Of a stretch of 64,000 bases of DNA, positions 1-13,411 are shown piece after piece (position 1 is the first letter of the stretch; each line of letters starts with the position of its first letter). Under the pieces are notes generated by a model. The model was not told the DNA's origin. It did no database searches and was given only the letters and a program-made list of their open reading frames with translations. Origin of the DNA: Utricularia gibba. Taxonomy: Eukaryota > Plantae > Magnoliophyta. The position numbers were made by a program, and so were the translations under genes. The DNA lies in the NCBI GenBank assembly GCA_002189035.1, contig CM007992.1, positions 3,720,001 through 3,784,000 of the forward strand. Reading direction: 5' to 3'.

Positions 1-130
1 GGTTTTGAACTAAAGTTTTTGACTTTAGGGTTTAGTAGTTTAGAGTTTAAAGTTAATATGTTAGGGTTTATTTTATAAAATTTTAAATTTCTCATTTATA
101 TGATTTAATATTTAGAGATTAAGTTTTATG
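1..130. repeat. Degenerate telomere-like (TTTAGGG-type) AT-rich tract
   Basis: tttagggttt at 24-33, ttagggttta at 61-70 and variants tttagag/tttaaag within very AT-rich sequence. Confidence 0.35.
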
Positions 131-487
131 TATTTCTATTTTTTTATAAATGAATTCGATATTTTACAAATGATAATTAAAGACAAGATACATCACAAAA
201 AATGAAAGTAGAGTATTTAACAATCAAATAATGATAATTAACCGGCGGGGCCGTTGGTTTATGGTTGATGATCACCCTTGTGGAGCCCTTGCGTCATCAT
301 GCTACGTGGCTTATGGCTGATCGAAAAGCGTACATCACTATAAGGCTCTAGTTCTTTGTTGTGTCTGTTGTCTTGATTTCGTAACTAATCATTGTGCTCG
401 CTGCATCTTCACCATTAGCCACAAGTGTTTTTTTTTTCAAGGCTCACAAGAAGATCACGAGGTCAATACTCAGATCGTCGCAGAGAC

Positions 488-2545
488 ATGGGCTTCTGGA
501 CGCTGTTTGAAGTTTCCTCAATGCCAATGCTGCAGGTGATACTCGTTGGCCTATTGGGAGCTTTCATGGCGACAGAATCGCTCGGTCTTCTTTCGGCAGA
601 GACCCGTAAATCACTCAACAAGGTAAAGCGTCTGGGTTCCAATCGAATGATCATTCATAATGGGGCGATACGGATCCGGGTCTTTCTTCCCTGTTTCCCG
701 TGACCGAGAGTTATGATCTCTGGGATTGCGTCTTGAACTTCCCCTGTGCGTCTGTTTCAGATAGTGTTCGTTGCCTTCACTCCCTCCCTGTGCTTCGAGA
801 TTTTAGCTTCGACCGTGGAACTCAAGGACATAATCTCATGGTACCTCTTAAATCTTTGTGCTGGTTGAGTGTTTCCAGGTTGTGCATACAACAAACCAGA
901 TATCAGATCAAAATCTGCAGGTGGTTCATGCCTGTGAACATTGGGATAACATGTCTGGTTGGAGGGACATTTGGATGGATAGCTATGAAGATAATCAGAC
1001 CCAAACCATATCTCCAGAATCTCATCATTGCAATGTGTGCAGCGGGTACTTGTCTAACTTTTCTATTAGTCATACACTTCGATGTATAACATTACACTTG
1101 AATTGAACAGGGAATCTGGGAAACATTCTCCTGATTCTAATCCCGGCTATGTGCAATGAAAGCGGAAGTCCATTTGGTGAGAAGAGTGTCTGCAGAACAG
1201 CTGGACTCGCATATTCTTCTTTCTCCATGGCAGTATGTTTGTTGCTTAGCCTTCTTGCCTGCTTGCTGTTTTCATACATCGTTGATGAGAAGCTGGCGCT
1301 AAACAGATTTTTTATCCCAGATTGGAGCTTTCTACATATGGACTTATGCTTACTACTTGATACGACGATCTTCAGAGAAATATGCTGCTATGGTTGCAGC
1401 CGAGGAGGAGGATGAGGAGTGCAAAGAATCAGAAATCAGTGAGAAAACTCCCCTTCTTGCAGTTGTCTCCTCAACCAGCGCTCTAAATGATGACACTGAG
1501 CAATCAGTAAGCTCTCTTTCGTAGCACCTATTCGGCTTAGAAGAAACATAAGATGTGAGCATGACTACACATATAAAAAAAAAAAAAACAGGCGTTGAAT
1601 TGGCTAACTTTTACACTATGATTCGCTTCTCAGATTGTTTCTCCTGCTTTTGACGGCAATTACCTTTTTGCTTTTGGTTTCAATGGAAGAGGACTATGTG
1701 GGGAGTTATTGCACCAGTATTGAAAATGGTACATGGAGTCCTGCATAAGATTCTGGAGGAGCTCAAGGCACCTCCCATTATTTCCTGTGTAAGATCTTAA
1801 TATATCTTCATTTCTTATGTTACTCACTCTTCAAAATGAAAGTTTGCAAAAAAATCTACTTCCAGATACTTGGTTTCATCTTCGGGACAGTTCCCTGGCT
1901 CAGGAACCTCATCATTGGCGATGAAGCTCCTCTCCGAGTTGTCTTCAGTTGCACCAAGCTGCTCGGGTAACAAAGCTGAAGCTCTACAAAACCTTATACA
2001 CTATTTAGCAGGGGGTAACACTTGACTGGACTACATTGCAGAGATGGAACTCTCCCTTGCATCACTCTGATCCTCGGAGGCAATCTCACACAGGGTACAA
2101 CTATTTTCCTACAGGCCCCCAGTTTCCTTACAGAAGCTTTTATTCCAGAGATGTGACATGGGGTGGGTGCAGGGATAAGGAAGGCGGAGGTGAATGTGGC
2201 CATGGTGGTGGCGCTGATTGTCGTCAAATACGTTATACTTCCGGTGATCGGAATTGGTGTGGTGCTGGGAGCTTCGGGCTTGGGATTCCTGCCCCAAGAC
2301 CCACTCTTCCATTTCATGCTGATGATTCAGTTCACCCTTCCTCCCGCCATGAACATAAGTACGATTCCAGGGCTAACTCCTCTGGCAGAACATGGTTGTG
2401 ATGGTCTGGTTTCAATGCAGGTACGATGACCCAGTTGTTCGAGGTGGCTCAAGACGAGGCCGCCGTTCTGTTTCTGTGGACCTACTTGGTGGCGGCCATC
2501 GCCATGACGGGATGGTCCACGGTTTTCATGTGGATGTTATCGTGA
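488..2545 (+). CDS. PILS: PIN-LIKES auxin carrier, PILS5/7-like, about 10 exons
   Basis: Spliced product MGFWTLFEVSSMPMLQV..WFMPVNIG..GNLGN..LEELKAPP..DGTLPCITLILGGNL..PPAMNI.TMTQLF..WSTVFMWMLS*; GT-AG introns; exon 6 phase ambiguous (see findings). Confidence 0.9.
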
Positions 2546-3034
2546 ACGGGGTGAACCGCCGAACGGACCGTCGGTGTGTGGGGCCCGCATATTGAATTTT
2601 ATTATTATAATATAGGGAATATATTTGTTATAGTTCGAGTGGTTTTTCGTGTATTTTTATTAAACATTATTATTGGGCTTTTGGATTTTATTTTTATGGT
2701 GTAAAGTAATTTGTATTTTTATTATTTTATTTGTTTATTAAATAAATGAAATTTTGTAAGATATAATATATCTTTACTACAAAATAGAGGGACGGAAGGC
2801 GGGGAGGGAGGAAGAGACTGGTCTTAGTGAACTGGAGTATGACTTTTGTCGGAGAGGGAAGAAATACCGAGTCTTGCCGCGGGGGAAGGTGATTTGCCGG
2901 TGAAGCCTAGGATATTCGTTTCCCGAATCCTATGCTCACCGCAAATCCATTGCTTCTTGGAATTCTTTTCTTCTGGACACTTATTGGTGTGTTTTAAATT
3001 GGGGAGGGATTTGCAGAACTTCATCTGATCATCA

Positions 3035-6000
3035 ATGAAACGCCATTTGCTAGTAATCTTTTTGCCTCTTTTTTTTGCTATTGCTTGCTATTCCGAGGAA
3101 TTTATTCGACTTCAAGATGATACCTGGACCAGTGGCCGCCATGTTCTCTCTCCTCCTCGTCGGACTTTGAAGTCGGAACCTGCAAGGTAAGTTTTCTTTT
3201 TCTTCTTCTGGGTTAAGTCTGTTCGTCGAATTTGTAACTCGGATTTACGCATATCTTGGTTAGGCGTCTGGGGGTTGGCTTGACCGTTCTTTTTCTTTCT
3301 TTCTTGTTTTTAATAGGGGATTAGATACTGCATTGGTTGCCACTCTGGATGGTACTATTTATCTGTTGGAAGTTGGTTCCATGATTCCATTGTGGTCATT
3401 TTCAGCCGGATCCCAGATTTACTCCTCATATCAGGCTCCTGTTAATGATTATGAGAATAAGTTTGAGGTAGAAGGTAATTACTTTATTGACTGTGGTGAT
3501 GATTGGGAACTCTATGCCCATAATAGCCTTCGTAAACTGGTGAGCATTTGTTATCATATCCTGAGAGTTAAGGCCTTTTGGATGTTGATTAATTTCTCGT
3601 GCAATGTGTTTAGAAACTTATGAAAAGCCTTGAAGAGTATATTATTTCGACACCTCAGATAGGAGAAGATGGAGGGATCGTCCATGGTTCCAAAAAGACA
3701 ACAACTTTTTTAGTTGATATAAAGTCTGGAAAAGTCATCCGCACATATGGTATGGTTGATTTACCGTCTCCTGCAACAAGCAAGGTTAAGGATCTTTCGT
3801 ATAGTATGACAACTAACAGACATTATGGTTCTGGGTCAGATGTAGAGAAGGATGAGTTACCTCTTTATATCACGAGGACAGACTACACACTGACCTCATT
3901 TTCATCAAATTCAGACAAAGTTTTATGGAATTTGTCAGTTGCTGAATTTGGGGCAGCATATTTGTGTCGAGATTTGGATGATTCCTCTGTGGTTGAGCTT
4001 GCAAATATTGGATCTTCTGAACCTGAGTTTCTTTATAGGATGCCTCTTCCTTGCCAGTCAAGGGCACTCATATACCGTTTTCGGAGTCATAATCTTTTAG
4101 AAGCTTTGTCCTTGCCTGCAGGATCATCAAAGCCTTTTTATGAAGGCAAGGCGCTTCCTCCATCCAAGGCTGATACCCTGCCGATGCAACCAAATGTAGG
4201 AAAAGTTCTTGAAATGCTTACTTTGCCATTCAGCAGTGGTCAACAGCTAGACACTGATAAAAGCATGCACGCAAAAGGTTTTTCCCAGAATGAGACATGC
4301 ATCGAAGATAATTCAACAGATATGAAATTGTTACGTGTTGATGATACTGGAGGACCTTATTCTTCACGCCTGATTCTTCTGTTTGGAGTTATTGTTCTGT
4401 CGCTCGTTGTTTTCAAATTTGTCACTAGAGCTCACAAGTCATCCTCAGAATCCACCGGCATTAGTCCTACAACCCCACCATCAAAAAGGAAAAAATCTCG
4501 TAGAGCTGGGAAGAGTGGAAGCCAAGAGAAACAGAATGATATGTACACTAATCGAAATGCAACTGGTACTGACTTTTTGGTCCTTAGAGAACGTCCTTGT
4601 ACCTCCGGAGGACGCACAATTGGTAAGCTATTTGTTTCTAACAGACAGTTAGCAATGGGTAGCAATGGCACAATTGTCCTTGAAGGGACTTATGAAGGCC
4701 GTCTAGTTGCTGTAAAGCGTCTTGTGAGATCCCATCATGATATTGCGCTCAAGGAAATTCAGAATCTTAGTGTCTCTGACTTTCATCCGAATATAGTAAG
4801 ATTGTATGGTTTGGAACAGGACCAGGACTTTGTATATCTTGCGTTGGAGCGGTGTACTTGTAATCTGAATGATCTTGTGGTCTTCAAGTCTTCCGCTCAC
4901 CCGCAGAACATGGTAGAGTCTGAAGTTACTGCAGCGGACAATATAACTTTGGATTCCATTAACGGTTTTATGCAGAGGCTTGAGATGTGGAACCAAGATG
5001 GGCTCCCTTCGACTCTGCTGTTCAAATTGATGAGGTTCTACAATTTTTTTTTCTCCGCATAGTTGCCACCTGACTGTCAATTTTGAATTATTCAATCAAA
5101 CTTTTTTCTGTTATTCCTCACGTTTGTGTTGGATCACAGGGATATAATATCAGGACTTGCACATCTTCATGAACTAGGAATTATTCATCGAGATCTCAAA
5201 CCTCAAAATGTGTTGATTACCAGTGAAACATCTCTCTGTGCAAAACTTTCTGACATGGGTATCAGCAAGCGCCTTGTAGGAGAAATGTCTTCCTTGAGCA
5301 ACCATGCAACAGGTAGGACTTATTCCTTTTTAGTCATCGAATATCTCCATGGAGTGTAGGAAGAGCCCAGGAAAGGAATTAAATATACCGATGATCAGCA
5401 AATTTATCATTCCTAAACTGAAGCCATGTTTTGTGTTCTTTTGTTCAATTCCAGGCTCTGGAAGTTCTGGGTGGCAAGCACCAGAACAGCTTCTATGTGG
5501 ACGTCAAACGCGTGCAGTCGATTCGTTCAGTCTTGGTTGTCTTCTATTCTTCTGCATCACAGGCGGCAAGCATCCCTTTGGGAATTCTCTTGAGCGTGAT
5601 GTCAACATTGCTACAAACAAAGTCGACCTCTTTCTAGTAGAACATATTCCAGAGGCAATAGATATTATCTCACGGCTGTTGGATCCCTCTGCTGATATGA
5701 GGTATTCGTGAAGCAGAATTAGCTTTTTATCAGTTTGTTATCTAATGTAGTGATCATCGTGCACAACAGGCCAAGAGCGTTGGAAGTTCTCCACCATCCC
5801 CTGTTATGGAGCGCGGAGATGCGACTCTCCTTCCTCCGTGACATGAGTGACAGAATTGAATTAGAGAACAGGGGTGACTCTGCTCTTTTGATTTCACTAG
5901 AAAGCACAGTCCCTGTTGCTCTCGGTGGGAAGTGGAATGACAAGATGGAAGCTTCATTTATCGACAACATCGGCCACTACCGGAAGTACAAGTTCGACAG

Positions 6001-6290
6001 CGTCCGCGACTTACTCAGAGTCATCCGCAACAAGATGAATCACTACGGAGAACTTCCCTCAGAGATTCAGGTATGCTCTCCCTAATACGGCAATTCTCAT
6101 CTCTTTGTATTGAGCTTTTTCAAGCTTGCGTTCGTCTCAGGAGCTAGTTGGGCCAGTACCAGAAGGATTCGACCGGTATTTCAGGAGACGGTTCCCTAGA
6201 CTCTTGATTGAAGTATACAAAGTGATGATAGCTAGCCGTGTGTGTGAAGAACCATTCTTCCGCAAGTACGCTTGCCCTGGTGGACAGTGA
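3035..6290 (+). CDS. IRE1: IRE1 ER-stress sensor kinase/endoribonuclease, 7 exons
   Basis: Signal peptide, luminal domain (ALVATLDG), TM segment, kinase (GSNGTIV, VAVKRL, HRDLKPQN, DMG, GWQAPE), KEN RNase domain (RDLLRVIRNKMNHY); exon phases join cleanly; stop 6288-6290. Confidence 0.95.
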
Positions 6291-6355
6291 CATGTAATCT
6301 CTGAATCGTATAGTCTAATACCATAGTTTGTTACCCCATGATTCTGGTGGTGTCG

Positions 6356-6357
<2 letters not shown>

Positions 6358-6387
<30 letters not shown>
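6358..6387. repeat. (GGC)10 microsatellite
   Basis: Ten perfect GGC units about 70 nt downstream of the IRE1 stop. Confidence 0.95.
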
Positions 6388-6389
<2 letters not shown>

Positions 6390-6590
6390 TCACATGATTG
6401 AATCGTTCGCTTGCTCAGCACTCATTTTTGCAGCATTTGATACACACTATTACTTGATACTCCTAATCATGTGTAAGAGTGAAGCAGACACATGGGGTAT
6501 CTCTTCCACACCAGAAGCTTCCATTTCCACCACATTGCTGCGAATCAACCGAAAAATGCACAGTATTCGTAAAACTGATGCAGATTCCTC

Positions 6591-7016
6591 TCAATTCTTC
6601 TTCACGAATCTTCCCTGCGTTGAAAACCGATTCAGCATTTCCATCGGTCCATTCCCAATACAGACATTCATTTCTCAGCATTTAGCTTTCTCACTTGGTA
6701 ACGAATTCTCTTGCAGAAAAGGCTGGTTTGCCTTCTTTCTTTTTATCTCAGCACACTAGCTTCTCTTTGCCCCACTATTTCTTCTCTGCTTTTCCGTTGG
6801 TATCACCGTTTTCATTGTTCAGTATCCCACATTCTTCTCCGCATCCGCGTTATCCGTTTGCTCGTGCGTCGGGATCAGAAAATCTCGGAGACCTGGAGTG
6901 GCATTCCGATCCCCGACTCCGCTCCGAAGGCGGAGACTGAGAAACTTGGGCTTCTTCAGCAGCAGTCGTGCCCGCATGCGGCGCTTCCTCCTCATCGATT
7001 CTTCCAGTGGAGAAGG
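6591..7016 (-). pseudogene. CCT-domain (CMF/COL-type) pseudogene; 5' end uncertain
   Basis: Minus strand reads GQREASVLR*KERRQTSLFCKRIRYQVRKLNAEK* plus a separate last exon GRFVKKN* (6614-6591) and upstream KKPKFLSLRL; two in-frame stops inside the CCT domain. Confidence 0.85.
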
Positions 7017-7341
7017 CTTCCAATCAAGTACGTGGAAGCAAGTGCGGATCAGAGCGAGCAAATGAAGTCAGAAAAGATGAGAGCTTTTTAGCGACAATTC
7101 AATTATTCATGCATCGTCATCACGTACGGCGGAGGAGGAGATCAGGCATGGCGACGGGTGGGAAGGCGGGGGGATTCGGTCCCTGTAGTCTACTCTTGAA
7201 TAAAGTTCTCGTTGACTGGTTGCCGATCGATCGGACGACAAAAATTAATTAATTACATTATTTACAATATTTTCACGCTCAGTAGGCAGAAATCAAGATT
7301 TTATTGCGTTTTTATTTTGTATTTTGTAATAAAGGTAATAT

Positions 7342-7638
7342 TTAAAAGAGAAAGAAGAAACCAGCTGCTGAGACGGCCCCCACCGAACCGGAAATCTTCA
7401 GGACATCGCCAGCGCTGGGCGTGTCCGCAGCGGCTCGGCTATGGCTATGGCTAGGCCCCGAGGCTGCACCGGTGACCGCATCTGGTGAAGCAGAAGGCCC
7501 CTCCTCCGCATGGGCGGGTGCAGCCGCCGCGGCATCAGGCTCCGACGGGGAGGATGCCGGAGAAGATGATGTTGTGGCGGAAACCGCGACGGAGGTGGCG
7601 ACAAAAAGGAGAAACAGAATCAGCCCTCGGCTTGCCAT
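7342..7638 (-). CDS. Small classical arabinogalactan protein (BCP1/pollen AGP-like), signal peptide and GPI-type tail
   Basis: Hydrophobic N-terminus, A/S/P-rich core with SP/AP dipeptides, hydrophobic C-terminus ..GAVSAAGFFFLF. Confidence 0.8.
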   Translation of the reverse strand: MASRGLILFLLFVATSVAVSATTSSSPASSPSEPDAAAAAPAHAEEGPSASPDAVTGAASGPSHSHSRAAADTPSAGDVLKISGSVGAVSAAGFFFLF

Positions 7639-8588
7639 GCTATCGATTCTCGCCGGAGGTTAAGTGTAACGGTGATGGGAGACAACCCCGTGCGTGTGTG
7701 GATTTGTAGGGGCTTCGACCGCCGGAAATGGCGGAGACCGACGGACAGGGTTCCTCGGAAAATCTTGTCGCATGCAGCCCTTGCCCTTCCACCGTTAATT
7801 TTTATTTTCTTTAGCTGAAAATAAAATTAAAACATGAATTGCAACGTGAAAGACATTCGATTCATGCGGGCCCCACTGCTGACATGCGCACTTTCCTTAC
7901 TACTACTAAAAGGGCCGTGGACCCAATACAATTTGAAAAGCCCCAAGGAGAGGCCCAACAACTACTCATGGTTTCCGGAGCTTAGAGAGGGCAATGCCGG
8001 GGACGCCTCACCGGCGACGACGAGGATGAGAGCGTAGTTTTGCAGAATCTGCAAAGCCTTCGTCCTCTTCTTCGGATTTGAAACAGTGAGATCGATTTTT
8101 AGCTTAATGTAGTTGCCTTCTTACTTGTGGATTGTGTTCGAAGCTCTGTGTGCCTTGCTTTGTTTTCCTCAAGTGTTGTTTTGACCATTCTCGGGCTAGT
8201 TGATTGCAGCAATGTCCTGTTGTTTTTGCTTTTACCTTTATCCAGATGGAGTAGACACCCAGTTTTTTTTCTTCTCTCTTTAATTTGCTGTCCTGATTTA
8301 GGGTTTCTATTCTGTTGTGACGTCCTGTGGCTATTTTCGCCCTTTGTTTGCTAACGTGTATTCTAGATGGAACCTCTAATTGGTTTTTTATGAACCTGCG
8401 TGAGCTATGCGTAGCTGAAATTATGCTCCTTACAACGTGTTCTGCCATGAAGGCGATCATTATGTCTGAGATGATAAAGCATGTAGTCTTCATGAGTCTG
8501 TTCACTTACCATTCAGGGTTTTAATGGGTTTTCTAATGGATTTTGAAGGTTTGCTGCTGTTTGGTGGTTCCTGTTAAACATATTTATC

Positions 8589-10369
8589 ATGTCTGCAAAC
8601 AATAACCTACAAAAGACTATTGGCGCTGCATCTTCTTTTGGAAATTCTTTTGCTGCGAATCCAGCTGCTCAGCAACAATTGGGATCCGGATTCCCTGCTC
8701 AATTTCAGCTGTCTCCTGCACAAGTAAAAGCCTTTGCCCAAGCCAGCCAAGCTCAGACGAAAGTGCAGGCAGTGGCACAGGTTCAGGCTCAGGTTCATGC
8801 TCAGGCTCAGGTTCATGCTCAGGCTCAGGCTCAGGCTCATGCTCAAGCTCAAGCACAATTTCAGGCACAAGCGCAATTTCAAGCTCAATTGCAGGCTCAG
8901 GGGCTATCATCACACTCCTTTAATCAGATGCATGCTGGTGGTGTTCCAAATTTTGGTTCATTATCACACTCCATTTCTGCGGCACAAAGCTTAGCTTTGA
9001 AAAGGTTTCCACAAAAGCCTCCAGTTCGCCACCCGAGCTTTCTGCCTTCTAACACCTCTTCTCCCTTGAGGACAAATATTATTGCAGATGCTGCTCAGAA
9101 AAAGAAGCAGAGACTTCCTGATAAAAACCTCCAAGAGAGAGTTGCAATGATTCTACCTGAGTCCGCTCTATACACTCAACTCCTTGAGTTTGAATCCCGT
9201 GTGGATGCAGCTTTGACAAGGAAGAAGATTGATATTCAAGATGCCTTGAAGAGCCCGACCTACATTCAGAAGTGTCTTCGTATTTATGTGTTTAATACCT
9301 TTGCCAATCAGACGCGCACGGTTCCAAAGAAACCACATGCAGAGCCACCAACTTGGACGCTGAAAATTTTAGGGAGAATTTTGGAGGACCCAGATTCAGA
9401 TCAGGCTACGGCGGCTCAGAAACCCAGTGCCGAGTACCCCAAGTTTTCTTCTTTTTTTAAGCGAGTTCATATCACCTTGGACCAGAAAATGTATCCTGAT
9501 AACCATCTGATTGTATGGGACAGTTCTCGAGCACCTGCTTCTCATGAAGGCTTCGAGGTTAAAAGGAAAGGGGATCAAGAATTCACTGCATCCATAAGGT
9601 TAGAAATGAATTATATGCCAGAAAAGTATAAACTCTCCCCTGCTTTGACAGAGCTCTTGGGTATTGAGGTTGACACTCGAGCAAGAATCATGGCTGCAGT
9701 ATGGCATTATGTCAAGGTTCGGAGATTGCAGTGTCCAGATGACCCATCTTCTTTTAATTGTGATTTCGCTCTTCAGAAAGTATTCAACGAAAGCAGAATC
9801 AAGTTTACAGCAGTCACTCAAAAAATTGCACAACATCTGTCTCCTCCTCACCCCATACATTTAGAGCACCGGGTCAAACTTTCAGGAAATAGTCCTGTCG
9901 GAAATGCATGTTATGATGTCCTGGTGGATATACCCTTCCCTGTACAGAGGGAATTGAGCACCTTGTTGTCTCATACTGAAAAGACCAAAGAGATTGAGGC
10001 CTGTGATGAAGCAATCTGTGCTGCTATTAGAAAGATCCACGAGCACCAGAGGAGGAGGGCATTCTTCTTGGGATTCAGTCAGTCACCCGACGAATTCATA
10101 AATGCTATTTTAGATTCTCAGAACAAGGATTTGAAACTTGTTGCTGGGGAAGCCAGTCGAAATCCAGAGAAGGAGCGTCATTCTGATTTCTACAACCAAC
10201 CATGGTATGATTTGTGGATATTCCTAAAAAATGCCATCCTGATATTTTGCAAGTCACTGTTACTTGTTATTTCTGCAAATGGTCAGTATGAAACAAGTCA
10301 TTGATTTGCAGGGTCGAGGATGCCGTCATTCGCTACCTTAACCGAAAGCCATCCACTGCTGACATCTGA
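8589..10369 (+). CDS. SWP73: SWI/SNF subunit BAF60/SNF12 homolog (SWIB/MDM2 domain), 2 coding exons (8589-10203, 10312-10369)
   Basis: [30 protein letters not shown] domain; exon 2 gives [14 protein letters not shown]. Confidence 0.93.
8779..8900 (+). repeat. Coding tandem repeat of about 18 nt encoding QAQ(V/A)HA and QAQAQF units
   Basis: caggctcaggttcatgct twice plus variants in the SWP73 N-terminus. Confidence 0.85.
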
Positions 10370-11325
10370 ACCACAGGGATGCTACCACCTCCATGGTGAT
10401 CCCTATTCCCACATGGCAGCAAAAAGACTTGGTTCAGAAATGCAGGCGCAGCAATTAGAAATGGTGCCCCCCCATGTGTTGGCCAAACTGCAGCATACTT
10501 TCCGCTGTTTCTCTCACTCTTTTCTACTCCTAGCGCCACCCATCAACGTGCATCAAGGGTGTCGCAGGTGCTCCATGTGTTAGGTACAATATCCAGCGTT
10601 TTGCACTCGGCTCCTAGTAACATATGCATCTCTGCTCAGGCTCCCTGTGCCTGGGACGATGGCAAGACCCTGACCTCAAAGCTGATGGGCATTCCCCAGG
10701 TAGGTACCCAACAAGAGTAGAGTTAGAGACAGGTTGTCAAGCGCTGGAAAGTGGAAACCTTAGTCAACTGTGGTTGCCAACTACTGTATAAAATATGTTA
10801 GAATTTCAAATTACGACAGGCACGCCTAGTCGCCTACCACCCCTATCCTTTTTCTTATTCCAATAAGAAAGACACCTAAATCAGTAGTGGTTAATCTAGT
10901 TTAGTAGTCATTTTATATTAAATAATATTTTTTAATTACAATGTTTTGATACTTAATACCAGTCATTAAATATGTATTATATAGAGTTGGTTAAACTTGT
11001 CGCAATAAAATACAATATTATCTTTTTTATTTAGAAAAGATTTTTCACTAAATGCTTTAAAAATATATATTCATGTTAAATTAATGTTGTACATATTTAA
11101 TATCGAATAAATTAAATCATCTTTAAACTCTCATGCTTCTAGAAAGTTAGTTCCATTCTTGATTTTTAGGAACAGCGTACTCTGAAAAATGTAATGAAGC
11201 TGTCTGTGATCTTTTTGAAAATTAACTATTCTAATATTGTCTCCCACATTAAAATCAAAATTTTATAATAACGGTTATTTTTCGCATAGAGTAGCACAGT
11301 AATTTAATTTTCAAAATCATTGTGC

Positions 11326-11418
11326 TGACGTCATTTTCCCCATAATTGTAACGGTAGTAAAACTTAGAAAGTTAAGTTAATTGCGACATTGAATTGAATT
11401 GGTCACCCCACCTACCCT
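11326..11418 (+). promoter_or_regulatory. TGACGTCA box and AC-element-like ACCTACC upstream of the peroxidase
   Basis: tgacgtca near 11326 and cacctacc near 11410, 100-190 nt upstream of the ATG; motif match only. Confidence 0.35.
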
Positions 11419-11510
11419 ATAGTCAACTCTCGGTTAACCCGAGTCTATATAGCTTGATCATTTAATGGTGTTCAGGAGAAGCAGACTCCCCCAGAGCCAG
11501 TTGCACGAAA

Positions 11511-12682
11511 ATGGAGGAGCTGAATCACTGCTGCAAAAGGCCCTTCTTCTTGTTGTTTGTCTTGGTTGTGATCGCAGCCGGATGGGGAGACGCGGCGCCG
11601 CTCAGCGTCAACTTTTACAGTTCATCGTGTCCCAACGTTGAGAGCATCGTTCGCCAGGCGGTGACCACCAAGCTGCAGCAAACGTTCACCACGGTTCCGG
11701 CCACACTCCGCCTCTTCTTCCACGACTGCTTCGTCGAGGTCCCGTCTTGTTGTTCTCTCGCTTCGCTTTTCACCGTGTGATTGCACCTCGAGCGAGAACG
11801 GGGTTTCCTTTTTGCAGGGATGTGACGCTTCTGTTCTCATAGCTTCGCCCAACAATGACGCCGAGAAGGATGCGCCGGACAACATTTCGTTGGCCGGCGA
11901 CGGGTTCGATACCGTCAACAAGGCGAAAGCCGCCGTTGAGGCTCAGTGCCCCGGCGTTGTTTCCTGTGCAGACGTTCTCGCCATCGCCGCCAGAGACGTC
12001 GTTGTCCTGGTACTTTCAAATATGCCCAAAAGACTGCTCTGCATAATAATAATAATAATAAATAAATAAAGAAATAGGGAAATTAAACCGGGCTTCTTTT
12101 GGTTGTCAGACGGGGGGTCCGACATGGGATGTCGAATTAGGGCGACGAGACGGCCTGATTTCGGAGGCTTCGCGGGTCGCTGGGAATCTTCCGGCGCCGA
12201 CATTCACCGCACAGGAGCTCACGGATCTCTTCCAAAAGAACAATATCTCCCAGGTGGATATGGTGGCGCTCTCCGGGGCGCACACCGTCGGCTTTTCGCA
12301 TTGCAGCCGTTTTGCCAATCGACTGTACTCCTTTTCTCCGACGGAGTTGACGGATCCGCTGTTGAACCAGACGTACGCGCAAGAGCTGAAGGCGTCTTGC
12401 CCGGAGAATGTGGATCCCCAAATCGCGGTTCACATGGATCCCATTACTCCTGAAAAATTCGACAACAGGTACTTCAAGAATCTGCTTCTGGGGATGGGGA
12501 TGTTCACCTCCGACGACACGCTGTTCAGAGACTCCGCCACCAGCCCCGCGGTGGTGAAATTCGCCACACATCATCGTCAATTCCAGTGGGCCTTCGCGAA
12601 AGCCATGGTCAATCTTGGTCGAACTGGAGTGAAGACTGGGGACGAGGGGCAGATAAGGCGGGATTGCGCATCCTTCAATTAG
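11511..12682 (+). CDS. Class III secretory peroxidase, 3 exons (11511-11738, 11818-12009, 12110-12682)
   Basis: [46 protein letters not shown]; canonical 192-nt exon 2. Confidence 0.95.
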
Positions 12683-13411
12683 CTCCCAATTGGATCCTCC
12701 AACGGAGCCAAGAGAGAGGTGTATATGCTTGTCCTCGTCCTGCCGCCCTTCTAACACAATTAGAGATTCAATCGAGTCATCGTCCATAATTGTGGGCTGT
12801 GTGTCATCTTCTTGTTTCCAATTCTTGTAAATTGTAATAAGTCCCAAGGAATTCCCATGAGGCAGAATGTGATATTCACACACGGCTTGGTAGGTGTTTT
12901 TTTTTTTCATCAAATTAAGATACTCATCACTTAGGCCACGTTTGGTACGTGTGTGGTGGGTTTTAAGGTGAGTTCCATATTTGGTATATACTGTTTACAA
13001 ATACGGTTGAAATACGTTTTCATCGATTTACATAGTTCGAGGGGAAAGGGTCAGTTTTTTACATAACCACATCTCGCGTATTACCAATCAATTATTTAGA
13101 TGACCAACAACGAGAGGTTAGTCAAATTGTGGATTCTGACAATCGCATATTTAGATACTCACATAACTTATTTCGTTTACTTTATATTGAATGAAACATT
13201 TGACATTTGGTTCAATAAAGTTTTCATGGGGATGTTTTATTATAATTTTTTTTAATATTTCAAATATATCAATACAATATGGTGGGGAGTCCATAGAGTA
13301 ATGGGTCTGACAAGTTTTCGTGCAACCATTTCCACTGGGCTTAGCTCAGGTTGTCTATTCAAGCCCAAGAATGTGCCCCTAATTAACTATTAGTGCAAAT
13401 CAAGTCATTTC

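Noticed and set aside
6328-6421. Poly-Gly and poly-Arg ORFs
   Set aside because: They are translations of the (GGC)10 microsatellite
8607-8913. Antisense ORFs with (LS)n and (EP)n repeats
   Set aside because: Shadow frames of the SWP73 QA repeat
10634-10655. gctccctgt core similar to miR160
   Set aside because: Only about 9 nt match and there is no complementary arm
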